A stretch of DNA of 64,000 bases from a virus (taxonomy: Duplodnaviria > Caudoviricetes). Positions 58,101 to 64,000 of the stretch are shown here, in pieces. The notes beneath the pieces were generated by a model that saw nothing but the letters and a program-made list of their open reading frames with translations, did no database searches and had not been told where the DNA came from. Location: positions 15,431-79,430 of the IMG/VR virus record IMGVR_UViG_3300002307_000042; one strand, given 5' to 3'. Position numbers and translations under genes: made by a program. Within the stretch, counting starts at the first letter, position 1. The number at the start of each line of letters is the position of its first letter.

Positions 58101-58897
58101 GCCAAACACCGCAACAGCAACAATCACAACAGCCTTCTGTAGCTACTAGAGCGTACAATTTTGTTTCGGGACTAGGATCTTCAATCGGGGAGTTAGGCAG
58201 TAATCTTTGGAATGCTGCGTTTGGTACCGGTAAGCATGAACAAGGGGTTCGACCTGATGTCATAGGAAGAAAACAAGCACTAGAAAAAATTATGGGCAAT
58301 AAGCTCGTTGTGTCTAGTGGAGTTCGACCGGGAACTCCTAATCATGGCAATGGTGCAGCAATTGACTTAGGTTTTAATTCAAATCCTATGTTAGCCCAAT
58401 CTGAACAGAATAGAAATAAGTTGATAGCAAATGCTATCAACTTAGGATTTACTGGAATAGGCGCAGAGTACCATGCTTCGGGCGGAGCACATATCCACTT
58501 AGATACTAGTCACAATAAGTTAACTGGATGGGGAAGCGATTATACTGGTAAATCTCTTATGAGAGATAGTCCGTGGTTGTTCTCATACCTTAATCATGTA
58601 GGGGCAACAAAAGCACAACATGGTGGTATTTTTGACGAGTCATTTGACCCCCAATTACCGAAAGCTCAAAAACTAGCAAGCTTACACACTGATTCATTAT
58701 TATCTAAGTTAGCAAAGACTAATGCAGACCAAATGAAATCTGTATTAGATTCTACGGTTACTCAGGATCATCATGATCATGATTCTGAAATGACGTTAGA
58801 AATGTATAATATGATTGATAGTAAACTGAATCATGTATTATCTGCCCTTGAGAATAGCCACTCGACCCACAATAAAATGTTAAGGAACATGGTGTAA
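55133..58897 (+). CDS. Tape-measure-like protein 1 with peptidase M15-like domain (probable start MDLETL; the track start at 55055 is over-extended)
   Basis: Long helical Ala/Gln-rich body; Gly-zipper segment; VVSSGVRPGTPNHGNGAAIDL..HIHLD (H-x6-D...H zinc motif). Confidence 0.75.
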   Translation: MDLETLNQLEQSLMELRDAVQQNAMYLNSLGSSMRSMGTSVDRNTQSSKKASESAERASEGSSDLVKAYSDSEKQHQERAQRYSNALDNAGGAVKSFSVAILSAENSLSKYSSGVEGLGNATEALTRGTGGFTRGAALGAVAYTKLVKSALSVDDQIINFRDSFVETAGTLPMTTQQIRYLSAQAGFTGDDMAKLSKRTNELGANLLGLGGYAGQGAAKFMDMVANVQGDERKRFLRLGINQETLLDYMGKYVEMQAAQGNAAKNAGKQGKELTQAAEDYALNLSRWSALTGKKADQLQNTGKDALDTVEEKIKEIEENEKIRQLQADMNVAGADKNAIQSQIDQIYKERDLRQSFTIAMANTMGLEAAQEQNKATITGYQSRTTVQQAIEDIKSAYMKSGGKEEDKIKAAQAMLERFKAQVTDPTIANQIQINGEEMLKLLTGYGKDALGFAINQTGNLEDKFRKIKEDQEKTITDDQDKLSKISADIKQFEIETKQKFQNFLQFIDPLTNTFISFTALLGLMTAGGLLGKVFSGGIRGLGGGAAAEEAALTGAAANGEAKLTGKALQDSLKAERRAAAIIETQAKKQLGKEVAEEVTEKGFKKFIPNVLKKSIKALHPANILKSLSKSATKVAEEGVKSLLKPGSLLKIGKSLGKGVAGILGGVALDYGSEYAKSQGYEKTGAALDIASSALTGASIGATIGSIVPGVGTLIGGALGGVLGSAYGLYQNWGTLTKSDKPDTTSSIEALKSILDQIKLLQKYDFDMAKISKNTEALNAFVSSLIIISGNDPNSQGKAESITGAIVEFLNAKIPMESFINFSKLPLDPDKTKRNAMAFVNFTQAMSSYNGVSSGLGNITHVIALALQEQFKVKLPLDDFQKFAGMSIDAKKAERNSKAFINFANAMAEYKGGPGIVDVVTAWAGKKVNELFGQDGPIDAFSKFAKMDFGPRASSNADAFRKYAESIGIIRDSQANQTQSQDSQPGAATPGQTPQQQQSQQPSVATRAYNFVSGLGSSIGELGSNLWNAAFGTGKHEQGVRPDVIGRKQALEKIMGNKLVVSSGVRPGTPNHGNGAAIDLGFNSNPMLAQSEQNRNKLIANAINLGFTGIGAEYHASGGAHIHLDTSHNKLTGWGSDYTGKSLMRDSPWLFSYLNHVGATKAQHGGIFDESFDPQLPKAQKLASLHTDSLLSKLAKTNADQMKSVLDSTVTQDHHDHDSEMTLEMYNMIDSKLNHVLSALENSHSTHNKMLRNMV

Positions 58898-58900
58898 GAT

Positions 58901-61900
58901 ATGGATCCAGAACAGGAAAATGAATTAAACCAAAAGATACTTGATTTGGGTAAGCTTATATCTGAGCAGGCAGGAATGTTTAGGAATAATGCTTCTAGTT
59001 ATCAGCATGTAAGTGATTCTACGCGAGTATTCAACACTACAATTAATCAAAATTCTACTCAGCGTTCACATGATAACGAAGTAGATATAGAAATTGCCAA
59101 TGAGAGTAAGAGAGCTAAGAAGCAACTAGAAGAGACTAATCAAACCAGATCCCAAGCATATGAAAAGTTAGGTATTGGTCTCAGAAGCTTTACTACAAAT
59201 TTATTAAGCTCTAAAGATGGTTTAGAAAAGTACGGAGAAGCAGTAAATTCTTTCGGTCAAGCAGCCAGAGACGCAGGTAAAAATTATGGCATCTTGGGGG
59301 CAGTGTTTGGTACAGCGGCCGCTGTACTAGGTAAATTAACCCATGCAGTATTCGCAGTAGATGATAGCTTGTTAAAATTACGAGATTCTCTTGCAAAAAA
59401 TGGAGGAATGTTTACTGATTCTACTACTAATCTAGAAAATTTTGCAATTTCTGCTAGATTTAGTCTTGATAACATGAAAAAATTGGGAGAAGAAGTAAGT
59501 AAAAGCGGTCAATATATGATTGCTTTGGGCAACAACTCTACTCAGGCACAAGAAAACCTATTTAAGTTAAACGTAATTGACGATTCAGTAAGACGACAGT
59601 ATGGCTTAACAGGCATAAAGCAAGATTATTATTTGCGTTTGTCTGGGTTATATGCTGAACAGGTTTATGCATCTGGTCAAAAAATTCAATTTCAAAATAT
59701 GACTGAAGATGAAAGGAGAGCCGCAACTAGAAAATATATTGCAGTGCAAACGACATTGAGCAGTCTCACTGGAAAATCAGCAGATACTCTTCAAAAAGAG
59801 GTTGATGAGGTTGAATTATCAACCGAAGAACAAGCTGCTACCGTAATGGCTCAAAATGAAATAGACAGGCTTAAAAAAAGCAAAGATCCTAAAGATAAAA
59901 TTTTAGTAGAGAAAAAAGAGCGTGAACTAGCTAACAGAAAAGAATCCATTCGGGTATTTACATCATTATACGGTCCACATGTTGCAAACCAAATAGTAAG
60001 GGCAATGCGCCTTGGTTTTATTGATAGTAAAAACAAAGGACTAATGCAATTGCATCTTCCTAATGGGCAAGATCCTGTAACATTTTTTTCTAAACTACTC
60101 GACAGTAAAGACATTACTAATGATGCACTAGGTGCTGCAAAAGAATTAGATGTCGCATATGGTAAGATAGGCACCGGGTATTATAAGATTATTGCAACTT
60201 ATCCTGAAATGTTAGAAACATTGGGTGGAGCAGATAAAGATACGCTTTCTAGAGTGGCATCGCGAGGCGGACAAGACTGGGAAAAAACAGCAAAAGAACA
60301 AATGGCAAAATTTGATGCACAGATGAACCAGCCGTTTGATGCTGATCCATTAGCATCCAGAGTGGAGCAATTGCGTTCATTAGAGCGCGAAAGCCAAGCA
60401 TATATTCAAGGATTTTTAACAAGCATAGATCCACTAAGACATCCATTTATTTCACTCAAAGATGCAGTAATAGCGGCAGGTGTAGCATTAACGTTATATG
60501 CCGGAACTAAGATAGCAATGAGTGGCTCCGGCAGCAAGTTACTAAGCAAAGTTATAAAACCGTTTAAGAGTAAAACCGGCTTACTAGCAAGCGGGGCATT
60601 GTTATCACTATTACCGTTTGGTGCTTCTAGTACATCAAGTAGTGACACACTCAAATTACCTGATATCAATATGCCTTCAGATCCGCAAGTAGATGCGATA
60701 TTAAATAGTGCAGGGGTAGCTACTCCGACGGATAATACTAGTGTTTTTACTACCCCTACACCTACTAGTGTACCTCCTTCCGATCCTAATAGTATTCACA
60801 CTGCGCCTTCTGCAAAAACACCAGATAAATCTACTGCGGTAGTTGATAAAAAAACTGATACTACTCGGAAAGAAAAAGCTGAGGTAATAGAAAAAAATAA
60901 GAAGACGATTGAACTTATCGGTTCATTGAATGTTAATGGTGAAAAGGTAAAAACTAACTTAGACATAGTACGACAGTACCTCACTGTATTAGGAAGTGTA
61001 GAACCTATAAAACTATCAGGAGATGATTCGCTAGAATTGATCAAAACACTCGCTTCTTTTGAAGCCAAAATGCTTAATGAGCTAGTTGAGTTCGGTAGAG
61101 TCCCCCTTGATCCTATAGGAATACGAAACAATGCAACTGCACTTAGTGGGTTTTCTGCTGCATTAGCCGGATTCAAAGGTGAAGGAAGTGCCATCTATAA
61201 TGCACAAACAATATCTTATACTGCGCAGGCATTCTTGAGATATCAGTTGCCAATGGATGATTTTGTTCGTTTTTCTAAGTTAGAACTTAATCCGATCAAG
61301 GTTGACAAGAATGCTAAATCATTTGTCGCGTTTGCAGATGCAATGGGTAAATATACCGGCGGTATAGGCATACTAGATACTATCAGCACTATTGCGGGCG
61401 CAAGACTAGGTAGATTATTCGGGGAAAAGGGACCCATCGAATCATTCATGGAGTTTGGAAGAAAGTCAGATTATGGTGATTTTGGTACTAGGGCAGCACA
61501 AAATAGTTTTGCTTTCTTGAGTTTTGCTAAAGCAATGCGTATATTATCGGGCGGTAGCACAAGTGGAACTAAAGGCGGAGGCTTTTGGAATACAGTCGGT
61601 GATATTGCTAAAACTGGACTAAACTTAGCTGCATCTGTAGTAGCCGCCCCTGTTATTCTAGGATCATATGTTGCCGGTGCTTTGGGAGACATCGTGAAAA
61701 AGATTATTGGTGTTGAAAGTGGCGGAAGAGCGAATGCCGCTGCTAAAACATCAAGTGCATATGGATTAGGACAACTTACAAAGAGTACATTTGAAGGATT
61801 GACAAGACAAAAAGGTAGTCCACTAGCAGGATTAACTTGGGAGCAATATAAAGCTGATCCTAACATACAAATGAAAGCAGTTAATTACCTGGTAGGACAA

Positions 61901-62473
61901 GAAGTTGACTTTTTGCAGAAAAATAAAATACCTGTTAGTGCTACATCAGTATACCTAGCTCACTTTTTAGGGCTTGGTGGGGTAAGAAATCTATATAGAT
62001 TCCCGAACAATACCCCAATAAGTCAAGTAGTCTCTGGAGCCGCAATGAGTGCAAATAGGTCAGTGTTTTCTAAAGCGTCTACTGTAGGAGGGCTTAAGCA
62101 ATGGTCTGGTAAAAAGATGGGAGAACCCGACAATGTTGCAATGGCTAGATACGGGGGAACATTTTCTGGACCTACTAACGGATATCCAATGGAATTGCAC
62201 GGTACAGAAATCGTTATTCCACTTGATCAAAACAGTATTCTTATGAAATTGGCTACACAATCACATACTGATACAGAAAAGCTTAACACAAAAAAAGCAG
62301 AAAGTAAAGCAAGTAATATAGGTCAATTTACAAAAAAGACTGCATATCCGGGCAAGAAAAAAATTGACAAGAAAATGATATCGGCACTGAGTAATAAATT
62401 TGATAGAGTTATTTCTACTATCGAGGCAACTGACGGTATCAACAAGAAGATATTGAAACATTCAGCAATGTAA
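58901..62473 (+). CDS. Tape-measure-like protein 2 with lysozyme/lytic transglycosylase-like domain
   Basis: Helical body paralogous to TMP1; IIGVESGG..SSAYGLGQLTKSTF..YLAHFLGLGG; C-terminal YGGTFSGP..ELHGTEIVIPL. Confidence 0.78.
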   Translation: MDPEQENELNQKILDLGKLISEQAGMFRNNASSYQHVSDSTRVFNTTINQNSTQRSHDNEVDIEIANESKRAKKQLEETNQTRSQAYEKLGIGLRSFTTNLLSSKDGLEKYGEAVNSFGQAARDAGKNYGILGAVFGTAAAVLGKLTHAVFAVDDSLLKLRDSLAKNGGMFTDSTTNLENFAISARFSLDNMKKLGEEVSKSGQYMIALGNNSTQAQENLFKLNVIDDSVRRQYGLTGIKQDYYLRLSGLYAEQVYASGQKIQFQNMTEDERRAATRKYIAVQTTLSSLTGKSADTLQKEVDEVELSTEEQAATVMAQNEIDRLKKSKDPKDKILVEKKERELANRKESIRVFTSLYGPHVANQIVRAMRLGFIDSKNKGLMQLHLPNGQDPVTFFSKLLDSKDITNDALGAAKELDVAYGKIGTGYYKIIATYPEMLETLGGADKDTLSRVASRGGQDWEKTAKEQMAKFDAQMNQPFDADPLASRVEQLRSLERESQAYIQGFLTSIDPLRHPFISLKDAVIAAGVALTLYAGTKIAMSGSGSKLLSKVIKPFKSKTGLLASGALLSLLPFGASSTSSSDTLKLPDINMPSDPQVDAILNSAGVATPTDNTSVFTTPTPTSVPPSDPNSIHTAPSAKTPDKSTAVVDKKTDTTRKEKAEVIEKNKKTIELIGSLNVNGEKVKTNLDIVRQYLTVLGSVEPIKLSGDDSLELIKTLASFEAKMLNELVEFGRVPLDPIGIRNNATALSGFSAALAGFKGEGSAIYNAQTISYTAQAFLRYQLPMDDFVRFSKLELNPIKVDKNAKSFVAFADAMGKYTGGIGILDTISTIAGARLGRLFGEKGPIESFMEFGRKSDYGDFGTRAAQNSFAFLSFAKAMRILSGGSTSGTKGGGFWNTVGDIAKTGLNLAASVVAAPVILGSYVAGALGDIVKKIIGVESGGRANAAAKTSSAYGLGQLTKSTFEGLTRQKGSPLAGLTWEQYKADPNIQMKAVNYLVGQEVDFLQKNKIPVSATSVYLAHFLGLGGVRNLYRFPNNTPISQVVSGAAMSANRSVFSKASTVGGLKQWSGKKMGEPDNVAMARYGGTFSGPTNGYPMELHGTEIVIPLDQNSILMKLATQSHTDTEKLNTKKAESKASNIGQFTKKTAYPGKKKIDKKMISALSNKFDRVISTIEATDGINKKILKHSAM

Positions 62474-62504
62474 CAATAAATACAATATTGAGAGACTTTT
62501 GGAT

Positions 62505-64000
62505 ATGTCATATAAGAGAAAATTTTTAAACAAAAGCGGTGTTAGTAGTCCTATATCAGGTGTCAATAGTAATAGTGGCGCTTGGAATGGAATGAATTCG
62601 ACCCCGACCGGTGGTTATAATAATACTGAGTTTGGGTATAAGAATTATATGAGTAGACTTCCTGAAGTCTATACTGGTCACCCAAACAGAATTGAACGCT
62701 ACAACCAATATGAAATGATGGACGTTGATGCTGAAATTAATGCATGTTTGGATATCATTTCAGAATTTAGTACTCAGCGTAATGAGCATAACAAAACACC
62801 GTTTAGTTTTGAGTATAAAGAAGAACCTACCCCACACGAAGTAGAATTGCTTACTAAGCAACTACAACAGTGGTGTAAACTTAACGAATTTGATGTTCGT
62901 ATGTTTAAAATTTTCCGTAATGTTATCAAGTACGGAGATCAAGTATTTGTTCGTGACCCAGAAAACTTTAAACTTTACTGGGTAGACATGGTTAAGATCA
63001 TTAAAGTGATCGTTAACGAAAGTGAAGGTAAGTTACCTGAGCAGTATGTAGTTAAAGATATCAATATCAACCTACAGAACTTGAGTGTTGCACAAAAAAC
63101 GAATACCGACTTTGCAGCCAATCCGGCAACTGGATTGGGAGGTTCAGGCGGTGGCACCAACACTCCTTATACTGTTCCTGCAATGCCTTACAACACAACA
63201 GGGTCACGTTTTACATTAGGGCAAAGTGAGTCTGCTATTGACGCTAAGCATGTAGTTCATTTAAGCTTAACAGAAGGACTTGATAGATTCTGGCCGTTTG
63301 GGCAATCAATTCTTGAAAACATCTTTAAAGTATATAAGCAGAAAGAACTATTAGAAGACGCGGTATTAATCTATCGTGTACAGCGTGCTCCTGAGCGCAG
63401 AATGTTCAAGATTGACGTTGGTAATATGCCAAGTCACTTAGCAATGGCGTTTGTTGAGCGCGTGAAGAATGAAATTCACCAGCGTAGAATTCCTAGCTTG
63501 TATGGTGGACAAAGTATCGTTGACGCTACATATAATCCTTTATGCTTGGATTTGAATACTAAAATTCCTCTATTAGACGGTAGAACATTACCACTACAGG
63601 ATATTATTTCCGAATTTGAAGCCGGCAAGGAAAACTGGGCATACAGTTGTGACCCAGAAACTGGTAAGGTAGTTCCTGGGGTGATCAACTGGGCCGGAGT
63701 TACTAGAAAAAATACTGAAGTTATTGAAATTACTTTTGATAACGGAAAAACTTTAACTTGTACTGCTGACCACAAAATACCAGTATTTGGAAAAGGTTTT
63801 GTTGAAGCACAACACCTAACAGAGAATGATAGTTTGATTTCGTTTAACACACAAAATAAACCTATATCAGGTGGAAAGACAAATGAGTATCAACAAGTAT
63901 GGGATCACGAATCCAAGTCTTGGGTATGGACTCATAGAATGGTAGGTGAGTTTTTCCGAGCAAAGGGTAAACACCAGGAGTTTACTTATCTTACCGAACA
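62505..64000 (+). CDS. gp20: Portal protein, T4 gp20-like, intein-containing; runs off the window
   Basis: Not in ORF track. Manual translation: MSYKRKF..RIERYNQYEMMDVDAEINACLDII..KQKELLEDAVLIYRVQRAPERRMFKIDVGNMP..VKNEIHQRRIP..DATYNPL. Confidence 0.92.
   Translation, partial: MSYKRKFLNKSGVSSPISGVNSNSGAWNGMNSTPTGGYNNTEFGYKNYMSRLPEVYTGHPNRIERYNQYEMMDVDAEINACLDIISEFSTQRNEHNKTPFSFEYKEEPTPHEVELLTKQLQQWCKLNEFDVRMFKIFRNVIKYGDQVFVRDPENFKLYWVDMVKIIKVIVNESEGKLPEQYVVKDININLQNLSVAQKTNTDFAANPATGLGGSGGGTNTPYTVPAMPYNTTGSRFTLGQSESAIDAKHVVHLSLTEGLDRFWPFGQSILENIFKVYKQKELLEDAVLIYRVQRAPERRMFKIDVGNMPSHLAMAFVERVKNEIHQRRIPSLYGGQSIVDATYNPLCLDLNTKIPLLDGRTLPLQDIISEFEAGKENWAYSCDPETGKVVPGVINWAGVTRKNTEVIEITFDNGKTLTCTADHKIPVFGKGFVEAQHLTENDSLISFNTQNKPISGGKTNEYQQVWDHESKSWVWTHRMVGEFFRAKGKHQEFTYLTE
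63543..64000 (+). mobile_element. Intein in the portal gene (N-terminal part)
   Basis: After YNPL the frame continues CLDLNTKIPLLDG (block A, Cys347) and TLTCTADHKIPV (block B TxxH), then WVWTHRMVGEFF. Confidence 0.88.

Noticed and set aside
1-64000. Alternative genetic code (stop-codon reassignment) as seen in some jumbo phages
   Set aside because: The standard code gives near-complete coding density, including an uninterrupted 6309-aa ORF; TAA, TGA and TAG all appear to terminate genes.

Overview
64 kb of a large T4-related (jumbo) myovirus genome, mostly AT-rich. Left end (1-2.7 kb, GC-richer, minus strand): a MoxR AAA+ ATPase and a metallopeptidase/vWA-type partner behind sigma70-like promoters. 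Next is a candidate translation/effector locus (2.7-8.2 kb): a circularly permuted two-piece tmRNA whose intervening segment folds as a tRNA with a degenerate anticodon arm, a small acidic ORF plus a YafQ-like RNase, and a 1450-aa polyvalent protein (nucleotidyltransferase, HExxH, ADP-ribosyltransferase-like). The minus-strand baseplate/tail-fibre operon (8.6-47 kb) includes a 6309-aa wedge protein. A plus-strand block encodes a gp55-like late sigma factor, gp47/gp46, two free-standing endonucleases and a Holliday junction resolvase. It is followed by a ~380-nt highly structured intergenic region (candidate large ncRNA) and a gp26-like gene with a T-TTT-TTC slippery site opening into a 76-aa -1 frame gp51-like extension. 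The window ends with two paralogous tape-measure-like proteins carrying different muralytic domains and an intein-containing portal gene that runs off the edge. An alphaproteobacterial host is suggested (two-piece tmRNA, BA14K-like ORF) but not proven. All family assignments are from motif recognition by eye; no database search was run.
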